This document shows, piece by piece, positions 1 to 9,459 of a stretch of DNA of 64,000 bases; the stretch's first letter is position 1; each line of letters begins with the position of its first letter. The notes below the pieces were generated by a model, which did no database searches, was not told the origin of the DNA, and worked only from the letters and a program-made list of their open reading frames with translations. The translations under genes were made by a program, and so were the position numbers. This DNA comes from Candidatus Cloacimonadales bacterium (GTDB lineage Bacteria; Cloacimonadota; Cloacimonadia; Cloacimonadales; DAONDQ01): NCBI GenBank assembly GCA_963662275.1, contig OY759316.1, positions 128,001 to 192,000 on the forward strand, in the 5' to 3' direction.

Positions 1-2
1 CT

Positions 3-1598
3 AAAAGTATCCCTGAACTTCACTAAAAACATGCGTTTGCACAGAACTGAGAACTGATAAAGTGCATCAGCCTGTAAGGATTGAGGTAATTTATGAGAAC
101 TCTCCACAGGGTGCTTAAACCCGGAATCTATCCAGTCATTACAGTAAGAACTCTTTAAGTAATCTTGTTGTAAGCGTTGAGGATCAGTTTTCTCAAGGGT
201 ATCAAAGATATCCTCCGGTTTGGATACCCCAAAATAACCTATTGCTTCCTGCGTTGGACCGAAGTAAGCAAGTCTGCCTCCATAAGTCAGAACGATCAAA
301 TGAGAAAAGATGGAAAAATTGAGCGCATCAATTTTATGAGTTGTGAGCACGACGATATGCCCATGATCTGCAATATCTTTTAGGAGATGCATTACTTCTC
401 GATCGCTGAGTGGGTCTAATCCGCTTGTAGGTTCATCTAAAAAATAGAGCGACGGCTCGGTAATCAGCTCTTGTGCCATATTTACTCTTTTCCGCTGACC
501 ACCGCTAATTCCTTTTTTTTCAGGAGAACCGATAAGCGTATCTTTGGCATTTGTTAGATTGAGAGATAATAGTATTTGCGTAATTTGCCTGGTTCTTTCC
601 TCTTCAGTTATTTGGTCACCAAGACGAAGTTTACTGGTGAAATTGAGGGATTCTTCAACTGTAATTTCCCGATGGATAATATCATCCTGCGGTACATAAC
701 CTATTTGACCCTGGAAAGCTCCAGGATTGTGATAAAGAGATACTCCATTGATTTGTACAGAACCTTCGGAAGGTTTTAAGTATCCGTTCAGCATCATCAT
801 AAGAGTAGTTTTTCCACAGCCTGAAGGACCAATCAAACCGATAAACTGACCCGGTTCAAAACAAATACTCAGATTATCAACCAGCGTCTTATTGGGAACT
901 TTAAAGCTTAAGTTTTGAGCGACCAGTCGTAAACCTGCACTCCAATCAGGCATCTCCTTACTGAATATTTTAACTAAATCAAGCGGTACACCGCCAATCA
1001 TAATTTTATCATGTTCAGAAATAAGGGCTTTCCCTGTCTTCTGCCCATTGATATAAGTGCCATTAGCGCTATTTAAATCTTCTATCTGCCAGGCAGTTCC
1101 TATCTTTGTCAGCTTGGCATGATAGCGAGATACACGAATATTCTTGATAGTAATGTCATTATCATGCTCTCGTCCAATGCTGATGATATTTTTACCCAGA
1201 ATATTGCTATTTATTGGAATAGAAGGAGGACTAGGAATTTCTGAACCTTCACTGTTTTTGTATGTCTGCAAGACTTGGTGCAAATCTAAGACAAGCCCAC
1301 TCGCTAATGTAATTGTATCATTTGCAGTAACGATCTTCTCAGATATTCTCTGGTTGTTAATAAAAACACCATTCGTTGAATTCAAATCCTTGAGAAGATA
1401 ACTTCCATCAGGAGTAACTATCAGTACACAATGATGCCCGGAAATTCTATTATCCTGGATTAAATAATCGTTGTCAACCGCTCTTCCTATATGAATTGTT
1501 ATTGATTCTGTTGACTGCTTTGCGTCAATCTTCGCTCCACAAAAGGGACAGAATTTAGAATCATTATCAATTGTTTTTGAGCAGTTGGGACACTGCAT
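3..1598 (-). CDS. Zinc-ribbon + 2xFHA + ABC ATPase protein (Rv1747-like architecture), 3' end outside window
   Basis: Not in the ORF track because it runs off the window. Manual translation from ATG 1598 gives MQCPNCSKTIDNDSKFCPFCG (Zn ribbon), IGRAVDND..SGHH..STNG (FHA), a second FHA (IGREHDND..SRYH..SANG), Walker A GPSGCGKTT, signature ISGGQRKR and LDEPTSGLD. Confidence 0.88.
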   Translation of the reverse strand, partial: MQCPNCSKTIDNDSKFCPFCGAKIDAKQSTESITIHIGRAVDNDYLIQDNRISGHHCVLIVTPDGSYLLKDLNSTNGVFINNQRISEKIVTANDTITLASGLVLDLHQVLQTYKNSEGSEIPSPPSIPINSNILGKNIISIGREHDNDITIKNIRVSRYHAKLTKIGTAWQIEDLNSANGTYINGQKTGKALISEHDKIMIGGVPLDLVKIFSKEMPDWSAGLRLVAQNLSFKVPNKTLVDNLSICFEPGQFIGLIGPSGCGKTTLMMMLNGYLKPSEGSVQINGVSLYHNPGAFQGQIGYVPQDDIIHREITVEESLNFTSKLRLGDQITEEERTRQITQILLSLNLTNAKDTLIGSPEKKGISGGQRKRVNMAQELITEPSLYFLDEPTSGLDPLSDREVMHLLKDIADHGHIVVLTTHKIDALNFSIFSHLIVLTYGGRLAYFGPTQEAIGYFGVSKPEDIFDTLEKTDPQRLQQDYLKSSYCNDWIDSGFKHPVESSHKLPQSLQADALYQFSVLCKRMFLVKFRDTF

Positions 1599-2094
1599 AT
1601 TTTTTCCTAATAGTTTGCTTTTGTTCAATACCAAAGGCTTTTACAGTTATACTGCCTTCTATAACAACACCACTGAAGGCAATGTTAATGATATCTGTGG
1701 GTTTAAAATCCGGTTCAATTGTTATGTTCAAGGGAATTTCTTCAGTTGAAAATGCTCTTAACATGAATGCATTCCTACTCATAAGAAGAGCTATGATCGA
1801 GTTGTCAGAAGATTTTACATTCAAGATAAAAGGTTCAATATTTAAGGGAATGAAGGTTGGATTCTGAATTTTTAATATTGCTAAACCCTCCTGCCCTTTG
1901 AGGATATCAAGAATGCCTATGTTCTCAACACTGGCTTGAATATTCTGCAGTTTGTGGATACTATATCCGATAAGCACTATCAGAAAGGATAGCAACAAAG
2001 CACAGCACAGAACAAGCCATTGATTACGAGAAAACTGTAGCTTTTGTTTGATGTCTGCTTTATTTGTTACTACGGTTTGATCATAATTTTTCAA
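1567..2094 (-). CDS. Single-TM membrane protein, possibly LEA-2/WHy-like
   Basis: ORF 1567..2142. Likely start is TTG 2094 after an AAGGA RBS. One hydrophobic helix, then a beta-rich region with LKIQNPT. Confidence 0.55.
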   Translation of the reverse strand: MKNYDQTVVTNKADIKQKLQFSRNQWLVLCCALLLSFLIVLIGYSIHKLQNIQASVENIGILDILKGQEGLAILKIQNPTFIPLNIEPFILNVKSSDNSIIALLMSRNAFMLRAFSTEEIPLNITIEPDFKPTDIINIAFSGVVIEGSITVKAFGIEQKQTIRKKYAVSQLLKNN

Positions 2095-2848
2095 GACGTT
2101 TCCTTCTCTCTTGAGCAGTAGGATGCGTTGAAATAAAATCATTTACAGCTTTCATATTACTGTCTTTAAATTTTACTTCCTTCTTCTCCAGTATTTCAAA
2201 GAAAGACAAGGCACCGGCTTTATTGTAGCCTGCTTTTTGCATAAGTTTAAAACCATATTCATCTGCTTGGCGTTCAATTTCTTTTGAAAATGGATATGTA
2301 TATGTCGTATACGCAATCTGAACCACATTTCCCAAGGTGGGATTAATTTTAGAAGCCTGGTAGGAATGCTGGATACGATGAATGCAATGCTTCAATTCAT
2401 TGTGAGCAATTTCATGAGCGATGACAAATGCCAGTTCATCTTCGTTGTTTATACCATTCAGCAATTCTGTATTGATGAACATCTTCCCACCCGCAATAGC
2501 ATACGCGTTGAAAACATTACTCTGAATAATGGTGACATCATATTTCAAGGCAGTACGCGTACAAAATGGTGTTAATTTATGCATTACTTGATTAACATCG
2601 AATTTCTGAGATTTACTAATTTTAGCATTACTTAGAATTTTAGCTTTTAATTCTGTTCCGATCTTATTTTCATCTGAATCGCTGACACTGTCCATATCAA
2701 GCAGTGCATTATCAATAGTTTGGGCAGCACTTATCCCGGCATTGAAAAGATCATCAATAACTTCACTGCCAAGATGGATAGGGACTAAGAATAGAATTAC
2801 TGCAAGATATTGAATAAGTCGTTTGGATTGCCGGAGTTGAAAATACAC
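2081..2848 (-). CDS. M48-family zinc metallopeptidase
   Basis: NAYA..GG, ELAFVIAHEIAH (HExxH), ERQADEYG and STHP motifs. Start uncertain. Confidence 0.9.
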   Translation of the reverse strand: MYFQLRQSKRLIQYLAVILFLVPIHLGSEVIDDLFNAGISAAQTIDNALLDMDSVSDSDENKIGTELKAKILSNAKISKSQKFDVNQVMHKLTPFCTRTALKYDVTIIQSNVFNAYAIAGGKMFINTELLNGINNEDELAFVIAHEIAHNELKHCIHRIQHSYQASKINPTLGNVVQIAYTTYTYPFSKEIERQADEYGFKLMQKAGYNKAGALSFFEILEKKEVKFKDSNMKAVNDFISTHPTAQERRKRLEKL

Positions 2849-3156
2849 GACCAGCCTCCTTTTGGGTCTTTCTTAAAGATCAATTTACCAGGGATATTAG
2901 TACTTGGTAAAAGCATTAGGGGCTTGTTCAGGTCAAAAGAAAAATCAACTACATACTCAGTCCTGGTATCATTAGAATATCCCTCAGAGACGATGGTTAT
3001 TTTTTTTACATTATATGAAGCACCGAGGAATTGAGTCACATTTTGCTTTAAACTGTCAAACTGCTCTTTCTTTAGTTTGCTGAACTTCATACTGCATGAA
3101 GTTGCAACCAGGCAGACTATGAATAACAAAACAAGAATACGAATTTTATATCTCAT
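2797..3156 (-). CDS. Putative lipoprotein
   Basis: Basic N-terminus, hydrophobic core and ATSC lipobox-like site. Overlaps neighbours in the operon. Confidence 0.6.
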   Translation of the reverse strand: MRYKIRILVLLFIVCLVATSCSMKFSKLKKEQFDSLKQNVTQFLGASYNVKKITIVSEGYSNDTRTEYVVDFSFDLNKPLMLLPSTNIPGKLIFKKDPKGGWSCIFNSGNPNDLFNILQ

Positions 3157-4106
3157 TGTTTCCCCTTTGAAATTGCCTTTGTAGTATCAGTGGATATCAT
3201 TTTCTTTCCTATTGTGGTTGTATCTACAATAACATGTTTTCCTGAGTTCAGTTTAAATACTGGATATAAGGCATAAATTGTGGCAAACAAAACGATACTG
3301 ACAGAAAATAGAATAATGAATGACCAGGGTACTTTTCTATGAGTTTCCGTATTTACACTAATGGGTGCACCAATGTTTGATTTTACGATCTGAATCGTCA
3401 CATTATCATCACTTCCCTGCTGATTGGCAATATCTACGAAAGCGATGCATGCATCCTGCGGTTCTTTCTCCAGGATTTTGCTCATTTCCGGAAGAGTAAA
3501 ATAATGATACAAACCATCAGAGCATAACATGAAAACATCAGATTTGCATAATGAATAAGGTCCACTGATATCAGGAATGAAATTATCAGTACCTGCTGCT
3601 TTTGTGATGATATTCCTCTGGGGATGATCAATTGCCTGTTCTTCTGTCAGAATACCTCTATCCACCATATTCTGCACTAGCGAATGATCCTTGGTGAGTT
3701 GTCTTAAGAGTCCACCTCTTTTCAGATACAGCCTGCTATCACCTAGATTGGCAAACCAGTACTGCGTTCCAATGATCAACAGCAAGACCACCGTAGTGCC
3801 CATGCCTTCTGTATCAGGATTGGCTTTAGCATACTCAATAATGCTATCCTGAATATGCAGGAAGGCTTGTTCAATTTCAACTCGAGGGTCATATTGGCTG
3901 ACTAAACTCTTGAAATGCTCATAGACAGATTCTACAGCAAGCCTGGAGGCAATCGCTCCACCGGTATATCCGCCCATCCCATCGCATACGATGATGAGAT
4001 GTCCAAAGCTCTCATCATACCTGCCATAGTAATCCTGGTTCTCAGTTCTGACTTTTCCAACGTCTGAGAGATTCCCGAATTCGAAATCCGGCTTCTTCAT
4101 CTCCAT
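3153..4106 (-). CDS. PP2C-type Ser/Thr phosphatase (Stp1/PrpC-like) with C-terminal TM
   Basis: RTENQD, VCDGMGG, GMGTT, GDSR, LTKDHS, CSDGL and SDDNVT motifs. Confidence 0.95.
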   Translation of the reverse strand: MEMKKPDFEFGNLSDVGKVRTENQDYYGRYDESFGHLIIVCDGMGGYTGGAIASRLAVESVYEHFKSLVSQYDPRVEIEQAFLHIQDSIIEYAKANPDTEGMGTTVVLLLIIGTQYWFANLGDSRLYLKRGGLLRQLTKDHSLVQNMVDRGILTEEQAIDHPQRNIITKAAGTDNFIPDISGPYSLCKSDVFMLCSDGLYHYFTLPEMSKILEKEPQDACIAFVDIANQQGSDDNVTIQIVKSNIGAPISVNTETHRKVPWSFIILFSVSIVLFATIYALYPVFKLNSGKHVIVDTTTIGKKMISTDTTKAISKGKQ

Positions 4107-4114
4107 AATTTCTC

Positions 4115-5674
4115 CTACACCAGGTTAAAATTACCTTCCACCGAACCAAGCTTGAATGTGCAGTTACTTTCCAGTCTAAAAAGCTGAACCTTATTGCCAT
4201 TGATGAAAATACCATTTGTAGAGCCTACATCTTCAATAAGGAAAAAACCATCTTCATAATATATTTTAGCATGGTGTGAGGAGACGGTATTATCCGTTAG
4301 AATAATCCTGTTATCATCTGCTCTGCCAATCGTTGAACCCGTTTTATCGATCGAATACACTTTCCCCATGTCAGTACCAAAAATGATTTCCATACGGAGA
4401 ATGCCGTTTGCAGATTGGGTACTTTGACCGGCACCCATAATCATTGTGCGTTCTCTATCTGCTTTAATTGCTTCAGGTTTTCGTTGTTCGACTATTTCCG
4501 TCTGTGAAGTGGCTTGTTGAATCTTGCTTTCGCTTAATTCTTTTTCTAAAGCTTCCCTTTTTTGTCGTTCTGCATCAATTTCCTTCTGCTTCTGCTCTTC
4601 TAAAAGCCTGATTTCATTATCCCGTTTTTGCTTATTCTTTCTCGCCCGTTTTCTCAGGAACAAGACAACTCCGGTAATAATGACCAAAGCTCCCAGTATG
4701 ATAAGCAATATGACAGGATTTACTTTCTGCTTTTTTGCCAGCGGTGTAACAGGAAGATAGGCTGGTCTGCCGGCTGGGGCAACGAACTTTGCTGCCAGTT
4801 CTTTTGTACCCAAGGTTGTTTTCACGACTATCCCGAGATTATGCTCTGCACCGTCTCCGGCTACACCAACGACGATGTAACTCAATAAATTGATATTCAT
4901 GATCTGGCGGTACAGTCTATTGTAATGCTCAACTAAATCATCTGAAGTGGGAGCATAATAATAGCTTCCTCCCGTGCTTTCCGCCATACGTTCCAGCGAT
5001 TGCAGATAAACTTCCTCCACTTTACTGTAGCCTATGGTAAAGATGGGGATGCCATTATTCTTCGCAATTTGGATAATATCATTTTCGGAATAGGCTTTGG
5101 TGGGATTTTCATCTTTACCATCACCCATCAAAATCAGAATTTTACCAGTCCTGTCTTCGACATTCACCAGTTGCTCAATCGCTTTATCTGCCCCATAATA
5201 GAGGGAAGTAAAATTACCTTTGGGAGTGATGTTATTGATCGTATTCTTTAAAAGAGTTCTTTCATTGGTAAAATCAGCAAGTAATTGATAATCGTCTGCA
5301 TATACACTGATCGCGACTTTATCCACGGAACGGATTTTGTTTATAAAGGGAATGATGGCATTTTTGATTGATTGAATGGGTTCACCACGCATAGAACCGG
5401 AAGCATCCAGGCAAAGCATGATATGCAAGCCCTGCCCTGTTTTCTCGTATGTCGTGGTTCGGAGCGAATCAATCATCTTGCTATCTACGATAACCCTAAA
5501 ATTCTTCTCAGTAAGATCTTTCACCGGTTCATCAGAACTATCCAATACCTGGACAGAACTGATATTCAGAGGGTAGTTTTGAGTATCAGTCTTGATGTAG
5601 CGTGCGGTTATAGGGGTTGCTGATAAGCTTATGATGAAGCTAATGGTGATTAATATGAAGAAGATTCGTTTCAT
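4115..5674 (-). CDS. Secreted VWA domain + TM + cytoplasmic coiled coil + FHA protein
   Basis: MIDAS DASGS..T..DG, a TM helix, and FHA GR..SSHH..STNG. Signal-peptide start MKRIFF at 5674 with an AAGGAGG RBS; the ORF extends in frame to 5785. Confidence 0.88.
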   Translation of the reverse strand: MKRIFFILITISFIISLSATPITARYIKTDTQNYPLNISSVQVLDSSDEPVKDLTEKNFRVIVDSKMIDSLRTTTYEKTGQGLHIMLCLDASGSMRGEPIQSIKNAIIPFINKIRSVDKVAISVYADDYQLLADFTNERTLLKNTINNITPKGNFTSLYYGADKAIEQLVNVEDRTGKILILMGDGKDENPTKAYSENDIIQIAKNNGIPIFTIGYSKVEEVYLQSLERMAESTGGSYYYAPTSDDLVEHYNRLYRQIMNINLLSYIVVGVAGDGAEHNLGIVVKTTLGTKELAAKFVAPAGRPAYLPVTPLAKKQKVNPVILLIILGALVIITGVVLFLRKRARKNKQKRDNEIRLLEEQKQKEIDAERQKREALEKELSESKIQQATSQTEIVEQRKPEAIKADRERTMIMGAGQSTQSANGILRMEIIFGTDMGKVYSIDKTGSTIGRADDNRIILTDNTVSSHHAKIYYEDGFFLIEDVGSTNGIFINGNKVQLFRLESNCTFKLGSVEGNFNLV

Positions 5675-5799
5675 TCCATCCTCCTTAAGTTGTAAAGCAA
5701 GACGCCGTTCTTGCTGTCTGCTCTGGTATGTAAAGCAAGACGCCGTTCTTGCTGTCTGCTCTGGTATGAAGAAGATTTGTTTCATTCCAGACTCCTTAA
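5654..5799. repeat. 35-bp direct repeats (5654-5688, 5765-5799) enclosing two tandem 38-bp REP-like units (5691-5766)
   Basis: tatgaagaagatt(c/t)gtttcattcca(tc/ga)ctccttaa occurs twice, and tgtaaagcaagacgccgttcttgctgtctgctctggta occurs twice. Confidence 0.9.
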
Positions 5800-6440
5800 A
5801 TCGTTTTCAGTTGCAGATTTATGGTTCCGATCCTGATAATTGAATTGTTATTTAGCTCAGTCTTATCTTCAATGAATTTACCATCAACATATGTCCCATT
5901 TGTGGAGAGCATATCCTGGATAATGAATTTATTCTCCCGATATAGAAGCACTGCATGTTCTTCGGAAATGCCCGGCTGCTGAATGACAATATCACAGCTT
6001 GGGCTACTGCCTATCCGATGCCTGCCTACATATAGCTTATAGTCAATACCGGCAGGATTGATATCAAATGTGACCAGCCAGCCTACTAACTTCCTGATAC
6101 CAGGTTGTTGAACTGAGCCTGAGTCTTTATCGGTTGAGTTATTCCCATAAATCATGGTTTTATCTGACCTGGCGGTTCCGCTATTTGGATTTGTTGGGCT
6201 GAGTTTGGGAGCACCGAGATCAACGACCGTCTTATCCCTGTTATTAACGGCATTATCAACTTGTGTTTTTGCCCCGCTGATCGTCATTCCCGCACTCGGA
6301 CAGAAAGGGCAATCCGATAAGGCAGCATCATAATTATGCCCATTTCTGCATGTCTTGTAGTCCTGCTTTATCGGAGTGCCGCAACTCTTGCAATAAGTTG
6401 CGCTTCCTGAGTTTTCCAATCCGCATTTAGAGCATTTCAT
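5796..6440 (-). CDS. Zinc-ribbon + FHA domain protein
   Basis: CSKC..CKSC and CRNGH..CPFC, Thr-rich 'DKTV/DKTM' repeats, and a C-terminal FHA (SEEH..STNGT). Confidence 0.88.
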   Translation of the reverse strand: MKCSKCGLENSGSATYCKSCGTPIKQDYKTCRNGHNYDAALSDCPFCPSAGMTISGAKTQVDNAVNNRDKTVVDLGAPKLSPTNPNSGTARSDKTMIYGNNSTDKDSGSVQQPGIRKLVGWLVTFDINPAGIDYKLYVGRHRIGSSPSCDIVIQQPGISEEHAVLLYRENKFIIQDMLSTNGTYVDGKFIEDKTELNNNSIIRIGTINLQLKTI

Positions 6441-6550
6441 ATGTATCTCCTTATTGAAAGTATTCTATATTGAAAACTGGGATGCTAAATTTAGAACAAT
6501 GGCAAGTTACGCAAAACCATAAAAAACAAGCAAGATAATTATAAATATAC

Positions 6551-6720
6551 TGTAGCGCCTACTTAAGGAGGTAATCTGGAACGCTATCTTTAGATAGAGC
6601 TATGTGCTCTTTAGAAGGCGTATGCTTTGCTGCTGGTTTGTTTGAATACATGTACTGAAGTCAACGTAGCACCGTCAGGATGACAACGTACCAGATAAAC
6701 CTCCTGAAGTAAGCGCTACA
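6551..6720. repeat. REPIN/MITE-like element, family A, copy 1
   Basis: Inverted ends gtagcgcctacttaaggagg ... cctcctgaagtaagcgctac. Internal sequence is similar to 8508-8720. Confidence 0.8.
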
Positions 6721-6759
6721 TTACTTACTGAAGTAAGCGCTACCAGTATTCTGCATAAA

Positions 6760-8091
6760 TCAAGGTACAATCCTACACAAGCGAAAGCCAATGTTGTAGT
6801 CACTGTAAGTCGCATAGCTATAGAGGTATCGATTGGAAACGGGGCAGCCACTGGCACCGCTACTCCAGCTACCACCGCGTTGCACACGGTAAAACCCGCT
6901 GACAGCACCATGCGGATTCACCTGTGCTCCACTCGGATATGTGCCATAAATGTCCCAGTTCCATTCCCAGATGTTACCGCTCATGTCAAACAGTCCTAAT
7001 TCATTGGCTGTCTTAGTGCCTACGGTGTGGGTAGTACTGCTGGAGTTTGATTCATACCAAGCTATACCGTCAATTGTATTACTTCCACTGTAGGTATAAT
7101 TATGTGTCGAATTACCACCTCGTGCCGCAAATTGCCATTCCGCTTCTGTAGGAAGACGGTAACCATTGGCTGTCCAAGAACAGGATACGTTAGTATGATT
7201 TAGATAATTAGTATTCCAACCGGAAGGCCAGGTAGCGGGATTAACGCCATTTGTGCTGTAGCTATAGCAGGGAGTCAGCCCTTCACTTATACTACGCTTG
7301 TTGCAATACTCGATAGCATTGAACCAGGAGACTTGCTCCACAGGTCTGTTGGTCACACCAGTAAAGTAAGATGGATTTGTTCCCATGACAGCCTGATAGG
7401 CAGACTGCGTCAGCTCATACTTATCCAGATAGAAGGAGGATATGGTTACATTAGATGTACCGTTATTAAATGTACCGCCTTGAACTAAAACAAAGTTCGC
7501 AGGAATTGGTATTATTGTATATAACGCAGTTGCTGTTATACTCGCTTCTATTCCTGTTTTAAAGGCTTTAGCTTTAAGAATTGTTGTTGAGGATATGGTA
7601 ATTGCACCATTATATTGCAATGATGATTCTGTAGGTTCAGAACCATTAGTTGTATAACGAATTTGTGCTCCACTCGTAGCACATGAGATTTCAACCGTTT
7701 GAGCAGATGAGTAAGTACCATCAGCTAAACTAAATGTTGGAGTTGCAACACCTTCAACAGAAATGATTCTGAAGAATTGGTAATGCTGAGATGCTAAGGT
7801 AAACCAGTAAACACTATTTGCATTGTATGTAAAGAGACCTGAAGAAGTAACATCGGTAAAACCTGTAGTGCTTTCATTTGATGCTTCCACAATGTAATTT
7901 GAAGCATTGGGAACAACCGTCCACTTCAACACAGCACTAATATTAATCGATAGATCATTGGGAGGATTGACATCTCTCAGGAAATTCATAGTATTATTGT
8001 TCGATTTGCTTAATCGATCTGGAATAATAATTTTAGAATTTAATCCGGATACTATCAAGACAAGTAATAGAAAGAATACTAACTTTTTCAT
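6760..8091 (-). CDS. Secreted protein: N-terminal FN3-like module, chitobiase/Fn3-associated domain, FGE-sulfatase (SUMF1, C-lectin-fold) domain
   Basis: Signal peptide, IRYTTNGSEPT, then YRLPTEAEWQFAARGG, NELGLFDMSGNIWEW and RGGSW..GFR. Confidence 0.88.
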   Translation of the reverse strand: MKKLVFFLLLVLIVSGLNSKIIIPDRLSKSNNNTMNFLRDVNPPNDLSINISAVLKWTVVPNASNYIVEASNESTTGFTDVTSSGLFTYNANSVYWFTLASQHYQFFRIISVEGVATPTFSLADGTYSSAQTVEISCATSGAQIRYTTNGSEPTESSLQYNGAITISSTTILKAKAFKTGIEASITATALYTIIPIPANFVLVQGGTFNNGTSNVTISSFYLDKYELTQSAYQAVMGTNPSYFTGVTNRPVEQVSWFNAIEYCNKRSISEGLTPCYSYSTNGVNPATWPSGWNTNYLNHTNVSCSWTANGYRLPTEAEWQFAARGGNSTHNYTYSGSNTIDGIAWYESNSSSTTHTVGTKTANELGLFDMSGNIWEWNWDIYGTYPSGAQVNPHGAVSGFYRVQRGGSWSSGASGCPVSNRYLYSYATYSDYNIGFRLCRIVP

Positions 8092-8252
8092 GATTTACTC
8101 CTTTTATTGAATTCATTCTTTAAATGTTACTCTATAGATATTCTTATGTCCATAAAATAGATAATCAGTAATTCCATAATGTAGAGCAGGATGCCGTTCC
8201 TGCTTCACAATAACGTCCTGCGGACTTTCGTAGTATATACTTCCGGATGTTT

Positions 8253-8429
8253 TCACCGACATCTCTCCCGGAAATGAGCGTCATCAGTCAGATGTGGATA
8301 CAGGGTTTTGAGGGCAAGCTTCTTGTCGGTTAAGGCTTCTTCCACCAGATAGACTTCACCCATACCGCCTTTGCCGAGTAAGGATAAAACATGATACTGG
8401 TTAATTTCCTGCCCGATCTGAAATATCAC
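8253..8429 (-). pseudogene. Truncated 5' copy of a Ser/Thr kinase gene
   Basis: GTG start, then FQIGQEINQYHVLSLLGKGGMGEVYL, nearly identical to the N-terminus of 9460..11118 including upstream DNA. Stops after 58 codons. Confidence 0.8.
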
Positions 8430-8507
8430 AGGCTCTCCTTCTGAGATTGTATATTTAAATTTGCAGAGTGTAATATATTTTGTCAATAAGTGATTTGTTT
8501 AATAAAC

Positions 8508-8720
8508 GTAGCGCTTACTTTAGGAGGTAATGTAGAACTTTATTTATACCGTTATCTTTTGTTGATTGACCCCCCTACCCCCCTTCTCAAGGGGGGATAT
8601 TCTCCCCACTTTAGAGGACGTATGCTCTGCTGCGGGCTTCTTTAAAATACATGGACTAAAGTCAATGTAGCACGGTCAGGATGACAGCGTTTCTGATTAA
8701 CCTCCTGAAGTAGGCGCTAC
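8508..8720. repeat. REPIN/MITE-like element, family A, copy 2, with a nested family-C palindrome
   Basis: Ends gtagcgcttactttaggagg ... cctcctgaagtaggcgctac. Contains ccccctacccccttctcaagggggg-type sequence at about 8569-8598. Confidence 0.8.
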
Positions 8721-8725
8721 GTCAG

Positions 8726-9058
8726 TTATTTGTTCAAAATGCAGTATATTTTAGCTTTTAAGTCTGGCAAATCAACTGTTATCGTTTCCCAGATACGGTT
8801 AAAATTTAGTATTAGATATGCATGCGCAGCCATATCACGGATACCGGATATTTGTTTCCAAGGTATGTCTGAATATGTTAATTTTAAGTCGGTGGATATG
8901 TCTTTTACTTTTTCACCTATATTAATAAGCGTCATTACAACTGCCCTTTGCGCTATCTCAGAAGATAAAAAAGCAGCTTCATCCAGATCTGCAATTATGC
9001 TGTTTATGATGTCTATCTCTTTAAGGATAATCTGGAGAAGAATCGTATCTCTATTCAT
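8726..9058 (-). CDS. HEPN (DUF86/HepT-like) RNase toxin
   Basis: IGE..K and IPWKQISGIRDMAAHAY (R-x4-H-x-Y). Overlaps the upstream nucleotidyltransferase. Confidence 0.9.
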   Translation of the reverse strand: MNRDTILLQIILKEIDIINSIIADLDEAAFLSSEIAQRAVVMTLINIGEKVKDISTDLKLTYSDIPWKQISGIRDMAAHAYLILNFNRIWETITVDLPDLKAKIYCILNK

Positions 9059-9356
9059 AAATAGTTACAGCATCTGCCAGAATACTATCTTTTATCATCG
9101 GTTCCAAGCATTGGCTTTCCACCAAATCAACCGATTTCCCCAATTTTTCTTCCAAATATTGCTTGAGACCGATAAACTTGAAGATACCAAATTGCTTCGT
9201 AAGATCGACGATAATATCAATATCGCTATCAGCTGTATCTTCGCCTTTGGCATAAGACCCAAAGACGGCTATTTTGCTTATACCATAATCATCAATATAT
9301 GGTTTCAAAGCCTCATAAATTATTTTGAAGCGCGGGTTTGTTGTTACTAACATCAT
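9051..9356 (-). CDS. Minimal nucleotidyltransferase antitoxin (MntA-like)
   Basis: FGSYAKGE..DSDIDI and VDLV motifs, about 100 aa. Confidence 0.9.
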   Translation of the reverse strand: MMLVTTNPRFKIIYEALKPYIDDYGISKIAVFGSYAKGEDTADSDIDIIVDLTKQFGIFKFIGLKQYLEEKLGKSVDLVESQCLEPMIKDSILADAVTIYE

Positions 9357-9459
9357 GACTATTTCTCCAACTCATCTTTATTTTTGACTCTATTGATACG
9401 TATATTATTGTCAAGCAGTGTTTAATTTTACTAAAAGCTGAGGGTTGCAGAGTTCCAGA

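Noticed and set aside
5691..5766. CRISPR array from the 38-bp palindromic repeats
   Set aside because: The units are directly adjacent with no spacers, there are only two copies, degenerate copies are scattered elsewhere, and no cas genes are present.
8730..9350. 206-aa plus-strand ORF, and similar antisense ORFs (12453..13052, 20920..21633, 35482..36069, 45192..45671)
   Set aside because: They are shadows of well-supported genes on the opposite strand and have no motifs.
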